In this document: piece after piece, positions 1 to 10,040 of the stretch | Numbering within the stretch: the first letter of the stretch is position 1 | Layout of the letters: each line of letters opens with the position of its first letter | Assembly (NCBI RefSeq): GCF_001194135.2 | Contig: NC_068993.1 | Span: forward strand, 39,065,993-39,110,508 | Source: Octopus bimaculoides | Lineage: Eukaryota | DNA length: 44,516 nucleotides | Direction of reading: 5' to 3' | The notes under the pieces: model-generated | Seen by the model: the letters and a program-made list of their open reading frames with translations, nothing else | Told to the model about the DNA's origin: nothing | Databases searched by the model: none | Translations under genes and position numbers: made by a program

Positions 1-40
1 TATATATATATATATATATATATGTGAATACACACACAAA

Positions 41-1102
41 GTGCAAAAGTCTCCAGCCACATTAAACTATTGTAAATGTCTACTAATTGATAACTTATAA
101 GTGGATGTTTCACATTGCATTTTTTACGGATGAAACATTGGCCTTGTTGGAATCCTTTCCATACCTAATAATTATATTTTGTAGTCGGGGTTCTGAATGA
201 AAGAGGAAGATGCAAGACGATCACCAAAAATGGCCATGCTAAAGTTTTCGTCCACCACACACAAACCAATCAAAATACAGTGTTTTAAAACAGAAAAATG
301 TCCATAATGAAAATTTATAATATAATGTTCATTTCAACAAGTTACTGTAGATTGTTAATATCTCATGTAGCTTCTCTTATCTTGGATAATTGCTTCAATG
401 CACCTGGGAAGAGATGTATACAAATCCTTCATCTTCACAGGCATGAGATGCCATTCTCTCTGGCTGAGCTTCCACAATTCTCCAAGATTGCGTGGATTCT
501 TCTGACGAACTCTTCTCTTTAGTTCTGTCCACATTTGCTTGATGATATTTAAGTCAGAGCTCTGAGCTGGCCAATCTTTCAATACGATAACATCTTTATC
601 AGCCAGACTCTGCTGTGTTGCACACAATCTGTGGCATGGAGATCTGTCATGTTGAAAAATCTTACTTTCATCTAAGTCTGGTATCAAATTGTCCTTCAGC
701 AACTGAATGTATTTGACACTATTCAAGTTACTGTTTTAACTAACGTCCTTGAGCCATCACATTTTATGCATCCTCAAAGCATCAGACGCTTACTCCCAAA
801 CTTCACTACTTTTGTTGTGTAACATGGGTTGTTTCACTGTCAGAAGGTCTCTAGGAAAGCAAAATGACCCATGTTGCACCATGAAAACAGTGAAGTTTAA
901 GTGTGTGTGTGTGGGGGGGGGGTCGTCTCGCATCTTCTCCTCTCATTCAGAACCCCTACTACAAAATATAAGAATTAGGTATGGAAATAACTCTGACAGG
1001 GCCAACGTTTCATCTGTAAAAAACTCAAAGCAAAACATCCACTTATAAGTTGGCAATTAGTAGAAATTTACAATAGTTTAAAGTGGCTGAAAACTTTTGC
1101 AC
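41..1102 (-). mobile_element. Tc1-like DNA transposon, internally deleted, with ~180-bp terminal inverted repeats (41-~220 and ~922-1102)
   Basis: 41-110 (gtgcaaaagt...gtggatgttt) is the near reverse complement of 1033-1102, and the match continues inward to ...gaagatgc.agacga. The minus strand encodes transposase remnants VVKFGSKRLML*GCI, FQHDRSPCH and WPAQSSDLNIIKQMW (ORF 355..726). The N-terminal DNA-binding half is missing. Confidence 0.88.
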
Positions 1103-1225
1103 AATNNNNNNNNNNNNNNNNNNNNNNNNNNNNNNNNNNNNNNNNNNNNNNNNNNNNNNNNNNNNNNNNNNNNNNNNNNNNNNNNNNNNNNNNNNNNNNN
1201 NNNNNNNNATATATGTATGTATATA

Positions 1226-1822
1226 TTGGGTTGGCAATTAAGTTCCCGCCATTCTTTAAAATTCAAATTTTTTTAAAGGTTTAATGAAAAATAACAACTA
1301 ATTAATCAATAATGTATTCACCCTTGTTGTTTACAACTTCTTCCCAATGTTAAACAAGATTTTCAATACTTCGCTGATAGAAATCACCCGATTTAGACTT
1401 CAAAAATTGACCTAACCAAGCTTTCAATTCTGCATCAGTATTGAACGAATCTCTGTGCAAAGCATTTGAAAGAAATTGAAAGACGTGGAAATCCGTTGTG
1501 TCAAATCAAGAGAGTATGGTGGGTGTGGCAGCACTTCCCAGCCATGCATTTCAATGGCTTCCTTGGTCATATTGGCTATATGAGGGCGGTCGTTGTCGTG
1601 CAGCAGAAGATCTCCATGCTGCTGATTAGGTCTTTTCTCTTGAATAGCCATGTTGAGTCCTTCTATCTGTTGAACATAGAGTTCTGTGTTGACTGTTTGG
1701 TTCCTTTCAAGCAATTCATAATGGATAATCCCTTCCCAGTCCCACCATACTCACAACATCGGTTTACACAGATGAAGATCTTATCTCTGGTGCAGTGTCA
1801 CTTGTTTACCAAGGCTAAGATG
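1226..1822 (-). mobile_element. mariner (DD34D) transposon remnant: 3' half with one TIR
   Basis: Minus-strand VWWDWEGIIHYELLERNQTVN, LLHDNDRPH and WEVLPHPPYSLDL, with a frameshift before the third D. TIR-like ttgggttggcaattaagttcc at 1226, next to TA. Confidence 0.88.
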
Positions 1823-1843
1823 GAGTGACTCTCCATCTAAGAA

Positions 1844-1878
1844 TATCTGAAGAAGCAATTGTATTCCGAAATATCATA
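1844..1878 (+). ncRNA. degenerate minimal hammerhead-ribozyme-like motif (Penelope-like type)
   Basis: tat-CTGAAGA-a-g(c)aat[tgt]att(c)c-GAAA-t-ATC-ata. Stem I is tat/ata, stem II has 4 of 5 pairs, and stem III is the palindrome ATAT. Confidence 0.45.
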
Positions 1879-2619
1879 GGACTATGGATAACTAAATTAC
1901 AACAGGTATATAGTCCATTTTTTTGTATTATAGTGTATTGTTGTACCATTCAAAACTTGGTATATATATATATATATATATATATATACCATGCATGTGC
2001 TGTCAGTAATTACTCAGGGTAGGCAGTTGGCGACCTTTATGTAGTAAAACACACAAAAAATAAGCAAAACACAGATGTACGACTGAGTTGAAGGCAGATC
2101 TATTTCTGCCTTTATAGCACGTAAAGAAAATGGTGTTGAAAGAGTGTACACATCACGTCAACTACAGCAGTACTATGTGTAGCTTAAATACTGAGATTGG
2201 AAAGTAGGGGTGAATTATGCTTACTTAATCTACAAGAAAATAAAANNNNNNNNNNNNNNNNNNNNNNNNNNNNNNNNNNNNNNNNNNNNNNNNNNNNNNN
2301 NNNNNNNNNNNNNNNNNNNNNNNNNNNNNNNNNNNNNNNNNNNNNNNNNNNNNNNNNNNNNNNNNNNNNNNNNNNNNNNNNNNNNNNNNNNNNNNNNNNN
2401 NNNNNNNNNNNNNNNNNNNNNNNNNNNNNNNNNNNNNNNNNNNNNNNNNNNNNNNNNNNNNNNNNNNNNNNNNNNNNNNNNNNNNNNNNNNNNNNNNNNN
2501 NNNNNNNNNNNNNNNNNNNNNNNNNNNNNNNNNNNNNNNNNNNNNNNNNNNNNNNNNNNNNNNNNNNNNNNNNNNNNNNNNNNNNNNNNNNNNNNNNNNN
2601 NNNNNNNNNNNNNNNNNNN

Positions 2620-2772
2620 TCTGTCTCCTGTTTCTGATGAAGAGTTTTGCTCGAAACATAAAACCACTATTCTTTCCTTCCTTGAACGTCTGCTAATACT
2701 TTGCATGTACCAAGTCCTCGCATTGTTGTTTTTTCTTGTTGCATTTTACCATGTTTTTTGGGGATTAACTAC
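2620..2772 (+). mobile_element. probable Penelope-like element terminus with a minimal hammerhead motif (2630-2664)
   Basis: gttt-CTGATGA-a-gag[ttttg]ctc-GAAA-c-ATA-aaac, followed by a T-rich tail ending at (TA)n. The upstream part is hidden in the N-gap. Confidence 0.55.
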
Positions 2773-2816
2773 ATATATATATATTATATATATCATATAT
2801 ATATATATATATATAT

Positions 2817-2925
2817 AGCTTCTTTCAGTTTCTGCTAACCAAAATCCACTCATAAGACCTTCTGGGTGCTGTAGAAGAAAACATTTGGCCATGGTAGGAC
2901 TGAATTTGAAACCACATGGTTGAGG
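2817..2925 (-). mobile_element. SINE family B, old degenerate 5' half
   Basis: cttctttcagtttc...aatccactcataagacc...accacatggttg matches the better-preserved B copies. Confidence 0.6.
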
Positions 2926-2938
2926 AGTTCGCTGTGTA

Positions 2939-2972
<34 letters not shown>

Positions 2973-3412
2973 CATACATCTAGATGTGTACTGTACATGT
3001 ATATGTATGTATACGTGCATACAGGTGTGTGTATGTGTGTATATATACATACACTTGCATATGTGTGTCTCCGTATATTTATGTGATTTTGTATCATAAG
3101 TACTGTGTATGTATGTGTGTGCATGCATATATATATATACACACATATACATATATATGTATATATACACATACACCCACAAACACACGCGTACATGCAC
3201 ACACACACACAGATCTGAGTATCTGTGAATATATGCTTTTTATTTGTTTATCATTGTTCTTGGTGGTGTCATTGTCGATATGATTGCTGTTGTGTATTCT
3301 GTTATTGTTGTTGTTGTTGTCAGTTTATTGCAGGAATTTGGGACTTCAGCATTTATTAATTTGATATATTAATTTTGAGGAACTTACATTGTGCAGTTTG
3401 TATAATGGTATG

Positions 3413-3610
3413 TAGTGGTGGTGGTGATGATGGTGGTGGTGGTTGTGTGGTAGTGGTGGTAGTGTGGTAGTGGTGGTAGTGTGGTGGTAATTGTGTTAAT
3501 GGTCTTGTGGTGGTGGTAGTGGTGATGTTGCTGGTGGTAGGGTTAGGGTTAGGGTTAGGGTATTGGTTGTGGTGGTAGTGTGGTGGTGGTGGTTTCGGTG
3601 ATGGTAGTCA
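3413..3610 (+). repeat. (GGT)n/(GTGGTA)n G-rich simple repeat containing an interstitial AGGG(TTAGGG)3 at 3539-3560
   Basis: Direct reading of the sequence. Confidence 0.9.
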
Positions 3611-3683
3611 TGATGATAATATTGATGAAATGCTATTAACAATAATAGTATTTGTAGTGGTGTTAGTATTAATATCACTACTA

Positions 3684-3902
3684 CTTGGCACGCCAGGCAA
3701 AATGTTTAGCAGCATTTTATCTGCCTATACATTCTGAGTTCAAATTCTGCCAAGGTTGGCTTTGCTTTTCATCCTTTTGTGGGCGATAAATCAAGCACCA
3801 GCGAAACACTGGGGTCAACATAATCGACTAGTCCGCTCCCCCAAAATTTCATGCCTTGTGCCTTTAGTAGAAAGGATTATTATTATTATTATTATTATTA
3901 TC
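3684..3902 (+). mobile_element. tRNA-derived SINE family A copy with (TTA)n tail
   Basis: B-box-like gagttcaaattc, body ttttcatccttt...gataaa, ctggggtc...aatcgact, tail tagtagaaagga(tta)n. Confidence 0.85.
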
Positions 3903-4497
3903 ATCTCTTTATCATAGGTATTTTGGAGCTCCTGGAGTCTTGCATGCATAGCAGGCTTACCACCTGCAGCCTATGGTACCATGCTATCCGTTCTTTTCAG
4001 CTATCTAATTCTTTTCTGATTATTCTGGCTGTGCCAAGGAGGCAAACCTTTTATAACAGTTCTGTTGGGCACTCTATTCCAATTTCCTTTATATTCCTCT
4101 TGATGCCTTCTGATACTGTTCCCAAGGACCCAACAATAATTGGCACTATCTTCACCTTCCTCATATTCTATAGCTGGGCTATTTCGTACTAAAGAGGGTT
4201 GTATCAATGTATCCTTTTGCTTTCCTTCTTGACTATTTGTGGGTCAAAGAGGCATGCAACATCAACTATATAGCACATGTGGTGCATTTTGTCGACCACC
4301 ACTAGGCCCAGTCTGTTATGCTCTAGCACCTGATCTGTTTGGATTGGGAAATCCCAGAGGATTTTGCTAGTCTCTAACTCCACCACCCTCTGTGGTTTGT
4401 ACTCATACCACATGTTACCTCTCTCTAGCCCCCACTTTTCACCCAGTTTCCAATGTAGCACTTTCGCTACCTGGCCATATTGCCTCAACTTGTCATG
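3903..4497 (-). mobile_element. R4/Dong-like RLE non-LTR retrotransposon, 5'-truncated (RLE domain plus 3' UTR)
   Basis: Minus-strand VAKVLHWKLGEKWGL...WYEYKPQRVVE...KILWDFPIQTDQVLEHNRLGLVVVDK...IVDVAC resembles the R4/Dong C-terminus. (TAA)n lies on both sides. Confidence 0.8.
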
Positions 4498-4527
4498 GTT
4501 ATTATTATTATCATTATTATTATTATT

Positions 4528-5250
4528 ATGGTGAGCTGGCAGAATTGTTAGCACACTGGCAAAATGCTTAGCGGTATTTCATCTCCTGCTATGTTCTGAG
4601 TTCAAATTCCATTGAGGTTGACTTTGCTTTTCATTCTTTTGAAGTCAATAAAATAAGTACCAGTTATGCACTGGGGTCGATGTAATTGACTCATCCTCTC
4701 ACCCCAAGGTGCTGCCCTTGTGGCAAAATTTGAAATCATTATTATTATTATTAATATTGCTATGGTGAGCTGGCAGAATCATTAACACATCAGGCAGAAT
4801 GCTTAGCAGCATTTCATCCATCCTTACATTCTGAGTTCAAATTCCACCAAGGTTGACTTTGCCTTTCATCCTTTTGTGGTTGATAAATTAAATACCAGTG
4901 AAACACTGGGGCCAACATAGTCAACGAGTCTCCTCCCTCCAAATTTCAGGCCTCGTGCTTTTAGTAGAAAGGATTATTATCATTATTAATGTTAAGGTTG
5001 CAAGCTGGAATATTTGTTAGCACCGTGGGCAAAATGCTTAACAGCATTTCGTCTGTCTTTACATTCTGAGTTCAAAATCCGCCAAGGTGGACTTTGTCTT
5101 TCATCCTTTCGGAATTCATTAAATAAGTACCAGTTGAGTACTGGGGTTGATGTAATCAACTTACCACTTCTTTAGAACATGCTGGCCATGGGCCAAAATT
5201 TGAAACCATTATTACTATTATTATCATTATTATTATTATTATTATTATTA
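4528..5250 (+). mobile_element. three head-to-tail SINE family A copies (~4528-4755, ~4761-4990, ~4993-5250)
   Basis: Repeated head ggtgagctggcagaa...ttagcac (A-box-like), gagttcaaa.tcc (B-box-like), a shared body and (TTA)n tails. Confidence 0.88.
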
Positions 5251-5520
5251 GTAGTAGTAGTAGCAGTAGTGGCGGGGTAGTGGTGATATTGATAAATTGG
5301 TATTCAGAATGATAGTATTGATGATGGTGGTGATGGTGATGGTGATGGTCATAGTGGTGGTGGTGGTGGTAGTAGTAGTAGTAGTGGTTATAGTGTTGGT
5401 GATTCCGATGTGTGATGATGGAGGTGGTGGTGGCACCGATGGCAGTAGCAGTGTTGTTGTTGCTGTTGTTGTTGGTGGTGGTGGTGGTAGTGGGGGCTGT
5501 GGCTGTGGTAGTGGTTGTCA
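5250..5520. repeat. compound (GTA)/(GAT)/(GGT)/(GTT) trinucleotide repeats
   Basis: Direct reading of the sequence. Confidence 0.85.
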
Positions 5521-5559
5521 CTTGTTTTCATTCTATGAATGGAAAGGATCAGAAATAGA

Positions 5560-5782
5560 GTGTGCGTGTGTCTGTGTGCATTTGTCTATATTGTTGAATT
5601 AATGTGTTTGTGTGTGTGTGTATATATGTATGTGCATGTTTGTATGTGGATGTATGTGTATCAGTGTGTGTGTTTGTGTGTGCCTGCATGTATGGGACAT
5701 GTGCATATTGTGTGTGTGTGTGTATGTCTATATTATTGAATTAATGTGTTTGTGTGTGTATGTGTATCAGTGTGTGTGTGCA

Positions 5783-5825
<43 letters not shown>

Positions 5826-5919
5826 GTGTATATGTATGACTGCAAGCATGTGTATGGATGTGAGCATGAATGTGTGTTTGTATGCCTGTGCATGTATGCT
5901 TGTGAGTTCTTTTGAAAGT

Positions 5920-6018
<99 letters not shown>

Positions 6019-6710
6019 TATGTGTGTGTATGCGAGTGTGTGAGTGTCTGTGAGTGAGTATGCATGTGAATGTGGGAATGAGTATGTGCATGTGTGTATA
6101 TGTGTGTGTGCATGTGTGCATGTATGGTGAATTTGTGTGTGTATGTGTGTTTTTATGTGTGTGCATGTATGGTGAGTTTGTGTTTGTATCAGTATGCGTG
6201 TGTGTGTATGGATGTGTATGCATGTCTATGAGTGCGTGCATGCGAGTGTGTGTGTGAGTGTTTGTGAGTGCGGATATGTGTGAATGTGAGAATGAGTTTA
6301 TGTGTGTGTGTGTGGATGTGTACGTGTATGTGTGTGCGTGAGAGTGTGTGTGTGTGAATGTGAAAATGAGTATGTGCATGCGTGTATGTATGTGCATGTG
6401 TGTTCATGCATGGTGAGTTTGTGTGTGTATCAGTATGTGTGTATGTGTGTGTGTGAGAGTGTGTGGGAGTCTGTGAGTGTGTAGGTGTGTGAATTTGAGA
6501 ATGAGTATGTGTCAGTGTGAGTGTATGCTTGTGTTTATTTTTATTTGGGTGTGTGTGCGTGCGCATATCTGTATGTGTGTGTGCATGTTACTATGTGTAT
6601 TTGCATGATTGTGCATGTCTATGCATTGGCATGTGCATGCATGCATGTGTGTGTGTGTGTGTGCACACGTGCATGTGTATATATATGAGTGTGTGTGTGT
6701 ATGTGTGTGA
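5560..6710. repeat. ~1.1-kb degenerate (TG)n microsatellite with internal higher-order duplications
   Basis: TG-rich tract with a pure (TG)n core at ~5924-6010 and recurring longer motifs. Confidence 0.9.
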
Positions 6711-6854
6711 TATTTATGACAAAGTTAAAAATGATTTATTCAACACTAAATTAGAAATTGAACAAAATGCTAAATTTTACAACGAAAATGAAAATTACTA
6801 AAAAAAAAAAAGGTATAAGAAATTTGAAAAAATTCAAATAAAAAGTGTGATGTT

Positions 6855-7022
6855 GACAGTAGTGATGATGATGTTGATGATGATGATGATGATGGTGGTG
6901 GTGATGAGGAGGATAATATAGGCACCATCAACATGATGATAGGGATGATGATAATGACTACTCTGATGATGATGATGGTGATAGTGATGCTAATAGTGAT
7001 GATGGTAATGATGAAGATGATG
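6855..7022. repeat. (GAT)n degenerate trinucleotide repeat
   Basis: Direct reading of the sequence. Confidence 0.85.
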
Positions 7023-7428
7023 CGGGTTTTTTCTTTATTTTAGATATCGCTATTCTGCAATGCAGTGGTGTTAGAATTAGTTAAAACAAGATTCCCAGAT
7101 TGATTGTGTTCTATCATGGTCTCGAAACATAGTGTGACTTGATCTCAGTTCTGCAAATTAATAAAGAACACTAATTAATTATACAATGGCAATCACTCTA
7201 GATAAAGATTGGAGGGCTGTAGGGCAATGAAAAACTGATTTGGTTTCAATTCACTCTCACAGCTTATGTGTTTGGAATAAAATTATGAAGGTGGCAATTC
7301 TTGAAAATTTCCTAATTTTGCTGCTTTACCAAATAATATAAATCACAGAAAGTCATACCAAAAAAGGTAAAAAAGAAAACAGCAAATGAGATTTTTATAT
7401 GTACATACATACATACATACATATATAC

Positions 7429-7828
7429 ACTCTTTTACTCTTTTACTCGTTTCAGTCATTTGACTGCAGCCATGCTGGAGCACCGCCTTTAGTCGAGCAA
7501 ATCGACCCTAGGACTTATTCTTTCTAAGCCTAGTACTTATTCAATCGGTCTCTTTTGCCGAACCGCTAAATTACGGGTGAGTAAACACACCAGCATCGGT
7601 TGTCAAGTGATGCTGGGGGACAAACACAGACACACAAACATACACAAACACACACACACATACACACACACACACATATATATACGATGGGCTTCTTTCA
7701 GTTTCCATCTACCAAATTCACTCACAAGGCTTTGGTCGGCCCGAGGCTATAGCAGAAGACACTTGCCTAAGGTACCACGCAGTGGGACTGAACCCGGAAC
7801 CATGTGGTTGGTAAGCAAGATACTTACC
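7429..7828 (-). mobile_element. SINE family B, near full length, with internal (CA)/(TA) microsatellite and (GAGTAAAA)n tail
   Basis: Matches the copies at 11489, 22233 and 30073. Tail actcttttactcttttactc. The head is cut by a 10-N gap. Confidence 0.9.
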
Positions 7829-7838
7829 NNNNNNNNNN

Positions 7839-8730
7839 TACCGGAAGCAAGCAAGCCTACCTCTCGACGGCATCAATGCGCCCCCCCACTCACTGATATG
7901 AGGCCCTGCTTGCTAGATCAACTGGTTATTAAAAACAAAGCTCAATATTTCTCCAGCCATCGCTCATCATCTCTTTTTAACCAAATCCAGTGGCTAACCT
8001 TCTCCACTGTACTTTGGATATCGGTCATGGTGGTATTTACCTTATGACACGCTAGGCCTAACGATAACAACAGTCGTTTCACACTGTGTCCTACAAACCC
8101 TCTACATCCAACTTCGATTGGAAAATGCTCCACTTTCCAGCCTGCGTCTTCACATTTCTAGAGGAGATTTACATAACGGTCAATTTTTCGAGCCCGCGCG
8201 GTGTCCATATTATCTTCATGAGGAACCGTTAACTTGACTAGATTTACAACTTTCCTTCTTTCACATCACATTAAAATGTCCGGTTTTTCCGTAACTGGGA
8301 TGGGAAAGAATGCCTGGCTCCCAGGTAAATCTACAGTCACTTCCCAATAGTCGTTCCACTTTTCATTTCTCACAGGAAGTATCTTGTTCTTTTTCTTGAA
8401 ACGGATCCGCTGACCTGAGCGCACGAAGGTAATAAAATCTCTAGATGGTTCTTTCAACGGTTTTTTCTCAGTGTTATTGAGATGAATTTGGTTCTTCATA
8501 GCATTGAAGATAACCTTCAGGACCAGGTTGCGTCTCCATGTATATCTATTCAATGCTAAGAAACAGTTGGAAAGAATATGTTTCAGTGTTCCGACCTTTC
8601 CGCATTTGCATATGTCATTCTCTGAGACGTTCCATCTTATGAGATTCCTAGGTGATGGCAAACCATCATAAGATGAACGAATCAGGAAACTTAGCCTAAA
8701 TGTCGTCCACTTCCATATTTCATCCCAACG
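7839..8730 (-). mobile_element. HERO-like RLE non-LTR retrotransposon, 5'-truncated C-terminal part
   Basis: SYDGLPSPRNLIRW...CKCGKVGTLKHILSNC (CCHC knuckle), RYTWRRNLVL, KPDIL, FPIEVGCRGFVG and WIWLKR (ORFs 8266..8787 and 7942..8133). Stops or frameshifts interrupt the frame. Confidence 0.85.
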
Positions 8731-8749
8731 TATATGTGTATATATATAC

Positions 8750-8787
<38 letters not shown>

Positions 8788-8874
8788 GATTGAATATGGT
8801 ACTAATATTTAGGCACCAGAATATCGTATGGTATGGTATTATACAAAAACCATTCCAAAAGGATAGGTGATCAA

Positions 8875-8986
8875 AAAATCAAAATAAGCAACACGGATTT
8901 CTCACAGGAAGTTTCTTGTTCTTTTTCTTGAAACAGATCCGCTGACCTGAGCGCAATCATCTTTGAAATTCGTGTTGCTTATTTTG

Positions 8987-8991
<5 letters not shown>
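8875..8991. repeat. 27-bp inverted repeat (26/27 identical) enclosing a 59-bp copy of 8365-8423
   Basis: aaaatcaaaataagcaacacggatttc (8875-8901) and gaaattcgtgttgcttattttgatttt (8965-8991). Segment 8897-8955 equals 8365-8423 with 2 mismatches. Confidence 0.9.
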
Positions 8992-9028
<37 letters not shown>

Positions 9029-9213
9029 AGGGTATATAAGGATACATCAGGTTCATATTTAGTGTTCTTTGTGAGAGTAGTCGAGTTCATTTCAGATATT
9101 CTCCTTTTAAAAATCATCTCCAGCTAATTGTTGAGAGGACATTTGTGTTATACTGTCTGAGTGCACTTGCTATTGTTATTACTATCATCATCATCATTAT
9201 TATTATTATTGTT

Positions 9214-9432
9214 AAAGCAGTGAACTGGCAGAATTGTTAGCACACCCGCAAAATGCTTAGTAGCATTGTGTTTGTCTTTACATTCTGAGTTCAAATTCTC
9301 CTGGGTTCGACTTTACCTTTCATCCTTTCAGGGTTAATAAAATAAATACCAGTGAAACACTGGGGTTGATGTAATCGACTTATCTCCTCCCTCTGTATTT
9401 GCTGACCTTGTGCCAAAATTTGAAACCAATAT
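9214..9432 (+). mobile_element. SINE family A copy
   Basis: gaactggcagaattgttagcac...gagttcaaattc...ccttgtgccaaaatttgaaacc, preceded by (TTA)n. Confidence 0.85.
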
Positions 9433-9593
9433 TTTACCATGGTCAAACCTGATACTCAGAGCAACTGGAAACGAATGATATTGCTTGTATGACAGCAACA
9501 ATCACTTTATGATGTATTATATTATATCAAGACAAGGTGACACAAACATACACACTCTCACATGCACATACATACATACATACATACATGCAT

Positions 9594-10040
9594 AGGAATC
9601 TACAGCAACTCTATTCAGATTACAAGTTCAAGTTTTTTCCTGTAATTATTGGGGCACTGGGATGTGTAATACACTGCCTAAATACCAACCTTGAAAACTT
9701 AGGCTTCTCAAAACCAGAAAGAAGAAAGCTGATTCAAAGATTACAAATCCAAGCCATCACTGGAACTATAAAAATCTGTAAAACTTTCCAGAAGTTTATC
9801 ATTTAAGTATATATGCGCATGTGTAGACATGCAACTATATGCATGAGAATACATATATAAAGCAAATCTTACAAATCTGCACGTATACATACCTGCATAC
9901 ATACATACATACATACATACATACAAAAATAAATATCCTGTTGTTGATGTTGAAATTCTAATGAAGGAGCCTTGGATCTAGGTTAGAAACCGAATCTTTC
10001 TCTATTGGCAAGATATCTTGAAATGAAACTGAATAATGAC
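9594..10040 (+). mobile_element. RLE-type non-LTR retrotransposon 3' end (ORF C-terminus plus putative 3' UTR) flanked by (CATA)n
   Basis: RNLQQLYSDYKFKFFPVIIGALGCV...LQIQAITGTIKICKTF* carries the PVIIGALG motif of RLE C-termini. The 3' boundary is inferred from the return to (CATA)n. Confidence 0.7.

Noticed and set aside
2091-2112. 8-bp hairpin aaggcaga/tctgcctt
   Set aside because: Isolated short stem, expected by chance in 44 kb, with no supporting context.
5156-6801. His/Thr, Cys/Val, Tyr/Ile and poly-Asp-rich ORFs here and throughout the window
   Set aside because: They are translations of di- and trinucleotide microsatellites with no coding signal.
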